Below, one piece after another: positions 51,019 to 60,061 of a stretch of 64,000 bases of DNA. The stretch comes from an uncultured delta proteobacterium (GTDB taxonomy: Bacteria; Desulfobacterota; Binatia; UBA9968), in contig CAVUZH010000003.1 of assembly GCA_963745835.1 (NCBI GenBank), forward strand, positions 928,001 to 992,000. The letters run 5' to 3'. Position 1 is the stretch's first letter, and each line of letters starts with the position of its first letter. The translations under genes were made by a program, and so were the position numbers. The notes below the pieces were generated by a model. The model worked only from the letters and a program-made list of their open reading frames with translations, did no database searches and was not told where the DNA came from.

Positions 51019-51561
51019 ATGAAAAAGGCAACTGGTATGAAACCTGAACAATTGATGATTCAACCCGGCCTTCGTTGGTATGCAATTCAGACTAAAGGGA
51101 ACAAGGAAAAAGAGGTAGCCAAGAGGCTGACGGATTTGAAGTTTGAAATGTTTCTGCCTTGGCTGCGCGATCGGCGGCGTATCGGCAGCAAATATCATTG
51201 GGTTCTGGTGCCGTTGTTTCCAGGTTATTTATTTTGCCGCTTGGATGTAGTTGTATCGGGAAAGACCGCGCGTTACTCGCCCGGCGTGAAAGATTTTTTA
51301 AGATTTGGCAACGAAATAGCCGAGATTCCCAACGATATCATTGTCGCATTAAAGGAGCGCTGCCCGGAGGGCATCGCAGCCGTCAATCCGATGTCCCTGG
51401 CTGCCGGCGACTCGGTCAGCATCAACGAAGGACCTTTTGCCGGTCTTCAGGCGATTTTTGAGAAGAAGATGAAGGGCAGCGAGCGGGTTGCCGTGTTACT
51501 AGAGCTTCTCGGCCGGCAAACACGGCTCATCCTGCCCAGCGAAACCGTTACCAGACTTTGA
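51019..51561 (+). CDS. rfaH: RfaH-like NusG paralogue (transcription antiterminator)
   Basis: WYAIQTK, PLFPGYLF, PGV, KOW domain GDSVSINEGPFAG...ERVAVLLELLGR. Confidence 0.85.
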   Translation: MKKATGMKPEQLMIQPGLRWYAIQTKGNKEKEVAKRLTDLKFEMFLPWLRDRRRIGSKYHWVLVPLFPGYLFCRLDVVVSGKTARYSPGVKDFLRFGNEIAEIPNDIIVALKERCPEGIAAVNPMSLAAGDSVSINEGPFAGLQAIFEKKMKGSERVAVLLELLGRQTRLILPSETVTRL

Positions 51562-51712
51562 CCCGTTGCGGTCGCGAAGTGACGCAACTCCGCTCGGATT
51601 CGAAACTCACCTTTAATTGAATCGCCGGGCAAAACAGTCGCCACCTTGACACGCCCTGAGCGCTATTGATAAATGCCAGGCGCTCAAAGGCATACTTCAG
51701 GGGGAGGACGAC

Positions 51713-54244
51713 ATGCGTCATCAAGCTTGGCACCGGCGAGGGCTGCTGGTTATCTTTGCGGTTTTCGCATTTCTCATAGTAAGCGGAACGGTACTTTCCT
51801 CTCTCCAGTGGATCCACAAACCGTTTCCCGGATTCTTCTTGCATGAAAATCTGACCGTCGGGCCGTACTCTTTGCCTCATTGGACCGGCGGTGTTTCAGG
51901 GCTCCAATCTCTGGATCTTATCATCAAGATCGATGACAACCCGGTAGGCGGGCGCGCCGAGCTCTACGAGCGCGTGCGCAACCTTCCGGTAGGCACCGCT
52001 TTGACTTATACAATCGGCCGGCGTTCACACACTGTCGAATTAACCATTCCCAACATGATGTTTACCTGGCAAGACTGGTTTTTAAGCTTTGGGGTTTACG
52101 TTTTCACCGGATTGGCATTCTTATTAATCGGTGTGGCGCCTTATTGTTTTCGAGCAAACTCGCCGGCAGCTTTGCCACTGTCCTTCATGGTGATCGCCGT
52201 GTTCGTTTGGTTTGAGAGCACCTTCGATTTCATGACGGATGGGTTTGTTCCGAAGGAGATGCGCTTATTTGGCATGATTCTCACACCCAGTGCGGGCATA
52301 CATTTAGCCCTACTCCTGAAACAAGGACGGCCTGTACGATATACCAGTCCCTTTCTCCTGGTATTCATCTATGGAACGGCCGTGGCACTCGGCGCGTTGA
52401 ACAGTCTCACCTTCTATGGACCGCCCGAACGATGGATCGACATATTTCGCATAAATTATATCTATACCTGTATCGGAGCTTTAGCTTTCTTGACGATTGT
52501 CGGCTCGGCGTTGAGGAAGACCGCTACAGCTCTGGAGCGCTCGCGTTTGCGGGTAATGTTCGTCGGCGCGGTTCTTGGTTTTCTACTGCCTACCATCGCT
52601 ACTGTGTTAACCAGCACGTTTCAATGGGAGATACCTTATAACCTGGCAATGATCTCAACGGTATTTTTCCCCCTATCGGTCGCTTATGCGCTTTTAAAAT
52701 ACAGCCTGTTCGATCTGGGTAACACGCTCAAGGCAGGACTCACCCGACTATCATTGATGGTGTTCCTCTTGGCGCTTTATGCGGCTATCTTTTTCCTCGT
52801 TGGACCTTCGGTCGGAATCTACGACAAGGATCCGCTGACGCCGCTGTTTTTCTCGATACTGGTGGTTCTGATCTTCAATCCGGTGCTACGCGGCATCGAA
52901 GCGCTCGTCGATCGTTACATTTACCGACAGGAGTATGATCCGGTAAAGGCACAATGCGACATCAGTTTATTTCTTCGGTCACTTACAACTGCTCGGATAC
53001 TCGCGAACGGATTTTTAGAGCGGGTGACCTCAACACTGGGTATCGAGAAGGCCGTCTTGATTTACCGTTCCCCTGCCACGAAAAATGATTTGACCGCTGC
53101 AACCAATGGGATGGAGGTAAATTTTATCCCGATTCTTGATCGCGCACGCCTTTTGTGGAGAGTTGAGCACGTAGCGGGGTTTAGAGGGTTGTCCCGCAGC
53201 GAAGTCCTGGCAAATCCGGTCTTTGAACTGGAGCGCAAAGAGTGGTTGGCGATGTTCGAGCCTCTCGGTTCTGAACTCATAATACCGATTGTCTTTGAAC
53301 AGGAGGTGCGCGGCTTGGTTTCTTGTTCGGCGAAAAGAGGGGGGAGGGAGTATCGAGGGGATGATTTGAGCCTATTGGGCACTCTGACTGAGCAGTTGGC
53401 CCTCTCACTGGAAAACGGCATAAGGTATGAACAGTCGGAAAAAGCCAAAGACGAGTACCACCGGCTTTATGATGCGGCGGAGCGCGCCAAACGGAAGTTG
53501 ATCGACGATGATCGCATTAAGAAAGATTTTGTCGCTAACATCTGTCATGAACTACGCACGCCGGTCAGTACCCTGATAGGTTTTAGCGAGATCCTCCTCA
53601 ACCGTGAACTTCCGGTTGAAACACGCGATATCCTGAGAACAATGTTGAGCAATGGACAAGATCTATCGAATATGATGGATGGCCTACTGAACTTCTCCCG
53701 AATGGAGGCCGATGCCGAGCCGAACAGTTTCGAGCACATCAATGTAAAAGATCTATTGGGTGGGCTGGAGCTTATGACACAGAGACTTATCCGCGGCCGC
53801 CCCATTCAGTTCAGAATCAACATCGAAGACGCAATCGACACCATCAACAGCGATCCGAGAAAACTTCAGCAGATACTGCTTCAGCTGTTAACCAATGCGC
53901 TTAAGTTCACTGAAAAAGGAGCGGTTGAAGTTCGAATCGCAACTATCTACGTTCAAAGCGGCCGGTTGTTGGAAATCGCTGTGTCAGATACCGGAATCGG
54001 TATAGATAAGAACGACCAGGACATCATCTTCGATGGATTTCGACAGTTGGACGGTTCATCGAGCCGCCGTTTCGGCGGCACTGGAGTGGGCTTGAGCCTA
54101 TGCAGCAAGCTTGCTGCAGCGCTCGGCGGTAAGATCACTGTGAAGAGCGAACTCGGTTCGGGAAGTGTCTTTAGTGTATTTCTACCTCTCACAGTTGCCG
54201 AAGAACATTCGCAATCAAGTCAGGCCTCAAGCATGATAATGTGA
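51713..54244 (+). CDS. membrane sensor histidine kinase (PDZ, multi-TM, GAF, HisKA, HATPase)
   Basis: GGAGG RBS. GLQSLDLIIKID PDZ-like segment, many TM helices, GAF-like region, CHELRTP, NALKFT, DTGIG, GTGVGL. Confidence 0.9.
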   Translation: MRHQAWHRRGLLVIFAVFAFLIVSGTVLSSLQWIHKPFPGFFLHENLTVGPYSLPHWTGGVSGLQSLDLIIKIDDNPVGGRAELYERVRNLPVGTALTYTIGRRSHTVELTIPNMMFTWQDWFLSFGVYVFTGLAFLLIGVAPYCFRANSPAALPLSFMVIAVFVWFESTFDFMTDGFVPKEMRLFGMILTPSAGIHLALLLKQGRPVRYTSPFLLVFIYGTAVALGALNSLTFYGPPERWIDIFRINYIYTCIGALAFLTIVGSALRKTATALERSRLRVMFVGAVLGFLLPTIATVLTSTFQWEIPYNLAMISTVFFPLSVAYALLKYSLFDLGNTLKAGLTRLSLMVFLLALYAAIFFLVGPSVGIYDKDPLTPLFFSILVVLIFNPVLRGIEALVDRYIYRQEYDPVKAQCDISLFLRSLTTARILANGFLERVTSTLGIEKAVLIYRSPATKNDLTAATNGMEVNFIPILDRARLLWRVEHVAGFRGLSRSEVLANPVFELERKEWLAMFEPLGSELIIPIVFEQEVRGLVSCSAKRGGREYRGDDLSLLGTLTEQLALSLENGIRYEQSEKAKDEYHRLYDAAERAKRKLIDDDRIKKDFVANICHELRTPVSTLIGFSEILLNRELPVETRDILRTMLSNGQDLSNMMDGLLNFSRMEADAEPNSFEHINVKDLLGGLELMTQRLIRGRPIQFRINIEDAIDTINSDPRKLQQILLQLLTNALKFTEKGAVEVRIATIYVQSGRLLEIAVSDTGIGIDKNDQDIIFDGFRQLDGSSSRRFGGTGVGLSLCSKLAAALGGKITVKSELGSGSVFSVFLPLTVAEEHSQSSQASSMIM

Positions 54245-54302
54245 TTACGAGGTTCGGGCGATTTGACTCATGTGAGGCCCTTAGGTAGCTAATAAACCTA
54301 CG

Positions 54303-54965
54303 ATGACAGGTAAGGTGATGACGGGCAAAGATTTCGTCGCGGAATTGCTGGTGATGGTGAATGATTTCTGCCGAACTCTGGAGACGCAACTGCCAGCCTA
54401 CAGCTACATTCCGCTCACGAGTGACGAAGAACGCATTCGGGTGATGAAGAGCCGCCTCTATAACGAAGTGCGCGCGGCCGAACTATTTGGAACGTGGCTG
54501 AAGACAACTCCCGAGCTTGAAGTCAAAGCCATTATGGCCGAATCGGCGCATGAGGAAATGGAGCACGCGGAACTGCTGTCAAGGCGGATCACGGATCTCG
54601 GTTTTGAGCCCTTTGACTATCAACCTCTTCCTGCTCAGACGGCGATGTTTAATGCGATCGAGGGACTCACCGACACATGTCAACGTATGGCTGGATTTTC
54701 ACTGGCCGGGGAAGCCGTGGCAACTTACCTGACTCAGAAGAGTTTACTAGCTTCGACAGTGCCCGATTGGATCAAACAACCCTATCGAAAAATTACCCAG
54801 GATGAAGAAGGGCACGGTAGCATTCCACAGCAGATTTTGCAGCGTTACGCGATCACTGGAGAGCGTCAGGAAGCAGCGCGCAGGGCAGTGGCTATGCGGC
54901 TGGTATTGTTTCGTGAATACTTGAACAGCTTGGACCGTTGGGCAATGGGCAAAGATCGCTGGTGA
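54303..54965 (+). CDS. ferritin-like diiron-carboxylate protein
   Basis: Complete E...EExxH...E...DExxH ligand set (NEVRAA, EEMEH, GEAVA, DEEGH). Confidence 0.78.
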   Translation: MTGKVMTGKDFVAELLVMVNDFCRTLETQLPAYSYIPLTSDEERIRVMKSRLYNEVRAAELFGTWLKTTPELEVKAIMAESAHEEMEHAELLSRRITDLGFEPFDYQPLPAQTAMFNAIEGLTDTCQRMAGFSLAGEAVATYLTQKSLLASTVPDWIKQPYRKITQDEEGHGSIPQQILQRYAITGERQEAARRAVAMRLVLFREYLNSLDRWAMGKDRW

Positions 54966-54970
54966 CTCGG

Positions 54971-55297
54971 CTATTCCTCGTTTTGAACGGATTCGCATCT
55001 AGGACAGACGAGCGGCGATGGCCCGAGTAAGATTGACCAACCACAGTCCCTGCAGGTTGTTACCGGTTCTCCCAACATGCCACGAACCGCGGCGCCGCAA
55101 CGCTTCGCCCCGCAGGGGCCCGTTCCGATACCGGTACGCTTACTAACCATCTCAAAGGTCTTTGCGCCGGCTTGAATGGCTTTCACCACGATGCCTTTAC
55201 GTATTTTATTGCACAGACAAATCGGGCGAAGATTATCTATGATGGCCTGTTTCTTGGCCTCGTTATCAAGTTCGTTGATAGCAGCATTCCTTTCCAA
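54971..55297 (-). CDS. BFD-like [2Fe-2S] protein with C-terminal zinc ribbon
   Basis: ICLCN...GTGPCGAKRC followed by CRDC...CPRC. Confidence 0.8.
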   Translation of the reverse strand: MERNAAINELDNEAKKQAIIDNLRPICLCNKIRKGIVVKAIQAGAKTFEMVSKRTGIGTGPCGAKRCGAAVRGMLGEPVTTCRDCGWSILLGPSPLVCPRCESVQNEE

Positions 55298-55304
55298 TCA
55301 TATT

Positions 55305-56318
55305 TTAGCACGAATTCTTAATGCCTGCCTCCTTACTGGCAATTATCAGAGACGAGTTGAGCGGCGCTGGCAACTCTATCTGCTTGATGTGCATCAGACC
55401 CGCTGCCAACATCCAAGCTGTCACTTCGTCCGCTGCATAGCAACGTCCTGCTGCGGTGGTTAGCAGCATCAGCAAACTGAAAAGAGCACCGACCGGCGGG
55501 TTGGCGCGCGTGCTATCTAGAATATGATCCTTGACGATAATGCTACCGCCGGGTTTTAGCACCGAGCTAAGATCGACCATAAGCCGTTGGTTTACTTCAA
55601 AGCTTTCGCCGTGAATGATGTTGGAAAGAAAAATGACATCGTATCTGCCGGGAATTTCGTCAACACGGTAATCACCGCTGATCAGCCGGATTCGACTGCT
55701 TAGACCGGCCTCCCGGACGTAACATTCGGTAAGTGCGAGAGTCGCCGGCAAGTCGAAAATGGTCGCGCGCAGATTCGAAAATCTTTGACAAAGCGAGATC
55801 GGATAGGTGGCTGGTCCCGAACCGACGTCGAGAAGCTCGTGAGCATTGTCCCAATCGAAGGCTTCGGCCATGATCTCGGCATCGCCGCGCGCCTTGACAA
55901 GGGAATCCATAGCAGCGATGAAAATCGCGGTCTCCGTCGGATTTTCTTGATACATATTCGCGGGGCGAACAGGTCGGCCACTGCGGATAGCCTCGGTCAA
56001 CGATGCCCAACAATGCCACAGGGAGGCTTCGAAACGAATCATGCCGCCTAGATAGCCGGGAGCGCCTCGTTTAAGATACCTTGCCGATAAATCCGTGAGT
56101 GAAAATCGGTCTTCGCGTTTGCGCAATAAACCTAGAGCTGTCAAAGCGTTGAGCATCAACTCGGTAGCGCGAGGTTCTAGATCTAGCGAGTCGGCAATGC
56201 TCGCGGCTTCCAAAGCATGGCTTCCCATGGTTTCGAAAATCTCCAGCTCCACCGCCGCCTGGACTATTCGGGCTTCGACATGGCCGCCGGCTAATTTCAT
56301 TAGATCCGAATAATTCAT
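55305..56318 (-). CDS. SAM-dependent O-methyltransferase (dimerisation plus Methyltransf_2)
   Basis: AAVELEIF, LLDVGSGP, IFDLP, GDY, SNIIH, LKPGG. Confidence 0.9.
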   Translation of the reverse strand: MNYSDLMKLAGGHVEARIVQAAVELEIFETMGSHALEAASIADSLDLEPRATELMLNALTALGLLRKREDRFSLTDLSARYLKRGAPGYLGGMIRFEASLWHCWASLTEAIRSGRPVRPANMYQENPTETAIFIAAMDSLVKARGDAEIMAEAFDWDNAHELLDVGSGPATYPISLCQRFSNLRATIFDLPATLALTECYVREAGLSSRIRLISGDYRVDEIPGRYDVIFLSNIIHGESFEVNQRLMVDLSSVLKPGGSIIVKDHILDSTRANPPVGALFSLLMLLTTAAGRCYAADEVTAWMLAAGLMHIKQIELPAPLNSSLIIASKEAGIKNSC

Positions 56319-56326
56319 GCCAGTTC

Positions 56327-57772
56327 TTACAAGCGTTCAATGATTCGATAGCTTCTGCTTTTCGGTTTAACAGGGGCCACGATCCCGCTTTTGACCATCA
56401 GACGGATATCTCGATAGGCAGTGTCCCGATCGACTTCCGCTATTCTCTCATACTCCGTCGTCGAGAAAGTTTTGCCGTGACAATAGGCGTAAGCGAGCAG
56501 GCGACGCTGTCGCAAGTTGACCGACGACGCGGCGAATTGATTGAGCCAGCGCAAGGTGTCGTCGTCGTAGACCGGCGCATTTCTAAGCGTAACCGTGAAG
56601 ACAAAACCATTGGTCGAAAATTCCGGCGGATTTAGCCCGTAGGTTTCCATCTCCTGAAACATTCTCGGCACTCCTTCGCCCATTTCACGCAGATAACCCA
56701 TATCAGCTAAGACGCGGACGATGAGCGGATTGCGGGAGAAGTGAATGCTCTTTTGCTGGCGTATTTGTTCGAGACTTACAGGAAGGGGCGGAGGACCGGG
56801 GCTTCTCACACTTATGTGATCGTCAAACATCCAAACCTCGATGGAAGCGCCGCTCAAGGCGTAGTCCCGGTGAGCGACGGCGTTCACAACCGCTTCCTGC
56901 CATGCGAAGGTCGGATACTCTAGACGCTCGCGAAAGAAAAGATCATGCAATATGGTCCGCTCGCGGATGTGCTCCTTAATCCTTCCAACCGCTTCATCGA
57001 TTAGGCGAACCAAAGGCCCGTCGAAACGTAATCGCTTGACGACATTCAATGCCGCGCCATACTGCCGCTCGGAGCCTTCATACTTGACGAAGTCAATGCC
57101 GCATCTCGGGTGCCAACGACTGAGGTCTTTAGCGAACAGCAGCAATGCCGCCATATTTGGAGCGGGAAGCGCGCGAGAATTGTCAAGCAAATGGTAGGAC
57201 TGAGCGAGGACGCTCTCGGGTTGCCGCGGGTCCTGGATTTTGTGAAGAAACTCCTGGATAAGGTCCAAATCGAGATCCTGCCAAGTCGCATTGAGCGCCT
57301 GCTGTCGCTCATACAACACCGTCTTCTTGGCTTCTTTTAGAGAATGAATCTGTTCCGATGGCAACGCCGCGGTTTCCGCCGCTAGTCGATAGTACGATCG
57401 GCCTCCGGCGATCCTATAGATTGCAAGGCTGGAACCGACCTCCAACTTGAGGAGCTGTAGATTGCCTACTCGAATTGTTTCTGATGCCGGCGTGAGAGCC
57501 GGGCGAAGTAGATTTTGCGGCGCCTGCAGCAATGCGACGAGCTCTTTAGCATCGTATGGGATTCCGGTTATGGTTTTATCGGCCTCGACACCCACCAGCA
57601 GTGTTCCGCCGTCGGCGTTTGCCATCCCGGAGAGAATACGCGCAACTTCTCGACCGAGATCCTCTTCCTTCTTCTTTTGTGGCCCGCCGCGCCGATGTTC
57701 GTAGGCGCTCAGGAAATCCAGGAACTGTCCGCGTTCCTGCTTAAGCAGAAGTCCAATTGCGTCGGCGTGCAT
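56327..57772 (-). CDS. Schlafen/AlbA_2 plus HATPase_c_4 (RecG-C-like) plus HTH protein
   Basis: MANADGGTLLVGV, EAVVNAVAHRDY, SPG, RNPLI, GEGVPRM, TAYRDI. Confidence 0.85.
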   Translation of the reverse strand: MHADAIGLLLKQERGQFLDFLSAYEHRRGGPQKKKEEDLGREVARILSGMANADGGTLLVGVEADKTITGIPYDAKELVALLQAPQNLLRPALTPASETIRVGNLQLLKLEVGSSLAIYRIAGGRSYYRLAAETAALPSEQIHSLKEAKKTVLYERQQALNATWQDLDLDLIQEFLHKIQDPRQPESVLAQSYHLLDNSRALPAPNMAALLLFAKDLSRWHPRCGIDFVKYEGSERQYGAALNVVKRLRFDGPLVRLIDEAVGRIKEHIRERTILHDLFFRERLEYPTFAWQEAVVNAVAHRDYALSGASIEVWMFDDHISVRSPGPPPLPVSLEQIRQQKSIHFSRNPLIVRVLADMGYLREMGEGVPRMFQEMETYGLNPPEFSTNGFVFTVTLRNAPVYDDDTLRWLNQFAASSVNLRQRRLLAYAYCHGKTFSTTEYERIAEVDRDTAYRDIRLMVKSGIVAPVKPKSRSYRIIERL

Positions 57773-57828
57773 AGCTCAAGCTTTAGAGCTGAAATCTCAT
57801 TGGCTCGGCGCCGGGTTACGCATTCTTT

Positions 57829-58974
57829 TCACAGGTTGGCGTTAAGTCGAACCACTTCCAGTACCATCTGAGCTGACAGGTTAAGATCCTTGAGATCGAG
57901 CCATTCTTTCACCGTGTGGATCTCGCGCATACCGGTAGATAGATTTGCGACCTCCAAGCCTTTTTGATTGAGTACATTGGCGTCACACCCGCCACCGGTG
58001 GCGAGAGTTTTTATGTCTACCCGCAAATTATTGGCCGCGGCCCGCACGAGCTGTACGATCGGAGCTCCGTCCGAAACATCCATGCGGTCATAATCTCGCT
58101 CGATTTTGGCGTCCACAGTGGCGGTGAATTGTGCTCCACCCACTTCCAATGTGTGACGGGCCGCAGCGTCTTGGAGGCAGCGTAGCATATGTTCTGTTTG
58201 TCGTTCCAATTTCTCTTCGCTATGACTCCGCGCCTCACCCTTTAAAATAACTGAGTTCGGCACGATGTTGACCGCCATGCCTCCCTCAATGACGCCGATG
58301 TTCGCGGTGGTTTCATGATCAATGCGCCCCAAGGACATCCGTGCGACACCATCAGCAGCAACTTTGATCGCATTGACGCCTTTCTCCGGACAAACACCAG
58401 CATGTGCTTCAAGCCCGTGGACTCGGAATTCCATACGATTGGCGGCAGGAGCCTTAGTAAATAGAAAACCTACCGAGTCGCTGTCGAGTACCAGTCCGGT
58501 ACGGGCGCGAAGCCGGTTCACATCCAAGCATTTGGCGCCGATTAGCCCGGCTTCCTCACAGATCGTGAAAACCACATCCACGTCGCTGCAGGGAAAGCGA
58601 TTTTCTTTGACTACGCGTAGCACCTCACAGATGATCGCAACGCCGCTCTTGTCATCTCCGCCTAGAACCGTGCGACCATCGGTTCGCAGAATATCCCCAT
58701 CGAGAATCGGAACGATGCCTTCTCCCGGCACGACCGTGTCCATGTGAGCCGAGAGTAAGATCGGCATTGCTTTTGGCGCCGTGCCCGTGAAGTGTGCGAT
58801 GAGGTTGCCGACATTCCCGCCGACTCTCTCGCCGGCGTCATCGATCGAAACCTGCGCCCCCAAATCCTCCATCTCGCGCTTGAGGCGCATCGCGACATCG
58901 TATTCCTTGCGTGACAGGCTGTCGATCTTGATCAATTCAATCAGAAGATTTTTAAGTCGTTCGGGATTAATCAA
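57829..58974 (-). CDS. M20 family metallopeptidase (peptidase T-like)
   Basis: AHMDTV, LGGDDKSG, CEEAG, GGGCDAN, IHTVKE. Confidence 0.9.
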   Translation of the reverse strand: MINPERLKNLLIELIKIDSLSRKEYDVAMRLKREMEDLGAQVSIDDAGERVGGNVGNLIAHFTGTAPKAMPILLSAHMDTVVPGEGIVPILDGDILRTDGRTVLGGDDKSGVAIICEVLRVVKENRFPCSDVDVVFTICEEAGLIGAKCLDVNRLRARTGLVLDSDSVGFLFTKAPAANRMEFRVHGLEAHAGVCPEKGVNAIKVAADGVARMSLGRIDHETTANIGVIEGGMAVNIVPNSVILKGEARSHSEEKLERQTEHMLRCLQDAAARHTLEVGGAQFTATVDAKIERDYDRMDVSDGAPIVQLVRAAANNLRVDIKTLATGGGCDANVLNQKGLEVANLSTGMREIHTVKEWLDLKDLNLSAQMVLEVVRLNANL

Positions 58975-59038
58975 AGCTTACCTCACTCCCACGTTTTTGA
59001 GCTCCAAAGATGGAACTCAATCTGCCACAGTACGCAAT

Positions 59039-60043
59039 TTATTTCCAAGAGAATAATGGCAGCTGCACAGACAGGGTTTGTTCTGGAAGGGGTTTTTGCG
59101 GCAGCGTGACGGGTCCGATGTCGCGTGTAAATTCATGGCCATGATCGAGAAGTTTGACAAGATTGTTGAATTCGAGCTCCTCAAACAGCGACCTCATTTT
59201 ATCCCGGCTGGGGCCTTTGAATCGCAGCTCTTCCAGATCGATCTGCATAGGCACGTTCTTTTTGATGGTGGCCAGACCCCGGCTGAGGAAGGCCGTCTCC
59301 TTGCCGTTTTGAAGAGCTTCTCGCAGACGCGCCACGCCACGCAGATTACTTTGTTGCAATTGCTCGAGATTACCGTAGAGATCTTCCAGATTGCGAAATT
59401 GCTGCATCAGAGCGATGGCGGTTTTTTGTCCAACACCTTTGACACCGGGAATATTGTCGACAACATCACCCATCAATCCCAAAACTTCGGGAACCCTCTC
59501 GGGCTCTACGCCGAATCTCGCTTTCACCTCGCGTGCGCCGATCCAGCGCTCCTTGACGCTATCGAATAGTGAGACTCTATCGGTGACCAGCTGCATCAAA
59601 TCCTTATCGCTGGAGACCACAATCAAGGCGCAGTCTTCATCACACAGTGTCGCGCACAGAGTTCCGATGAGATCGTCAGCCTCATAATCCTGAAGTTCAA
59701 GAATGACGACGTTCATGGCATCGAGGACTCTGCGAATGTATGGAAGTTGCAGAACCAAATTCGGCGGAGTTTGTCGCCGATTGCTCTTATATTCGACGAA
59801 CATCTGATTGCGAAAAGTTTGGCGGCGGGCATCGAGAGCCACTGCGAGATATTCAGGCTGATGACGCTTGAGGAGCTTCATCATGAAGCTTATGAATCCA
59901 TATGTGGCGCTGGTGGGAAAACCTGCGGAATTAAGCGCCGGTGGTAAGGCGAAAAAGGCTCGATAGATATAAGAACTGCCGTCTATCAGAAATAGTCGGG
60001 GTACCCGACCAATCATACTTGATGCGCTTTCTGCGACGTCCAA
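59039..60043 (-). CDS. stand-alone 5'-3' exonuclease/flap endonuclease (Pol I N-terminal-like)
   Basis: LIDGSSYIYRAF, YKSNR, YEADD, SDKDLMQL, GDVVDNIPGVKGVG. No polymerase domain. Confidence 0.9.
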   Translation of the reverse strand: MDVAESASSMIGRVPRLFLIDGSSYIYRAFFALPPALNSAGFPTSATYGFISFMMKLLKRHQPEYLAVALDARRQTFRNQMFVEYKSNRRQTPPNLVLQLPYIRRVLDAMNVVILELQDYEADDLIGTLCATLCDEDCALIVVSSDKDLMQLVTDRVSLFDSVKERWIGAREVKARFGVEPERVPEVLGLMGDVVDNIPGVKGVGQKTAIALMQQFRNLEDLYGNLEQLQQSNLRGVARLREALQNGKETAFLSRGLATIKKNVPMQIDLEELRFKGPSRDKMRSLFEELEFNNLVKLLDHGHEFTRDIGPVTLPQKPLPEQTLSVQLPLFSWK

Positions 60044-60061
60044 AAACTAGAGGCGGCTGAA

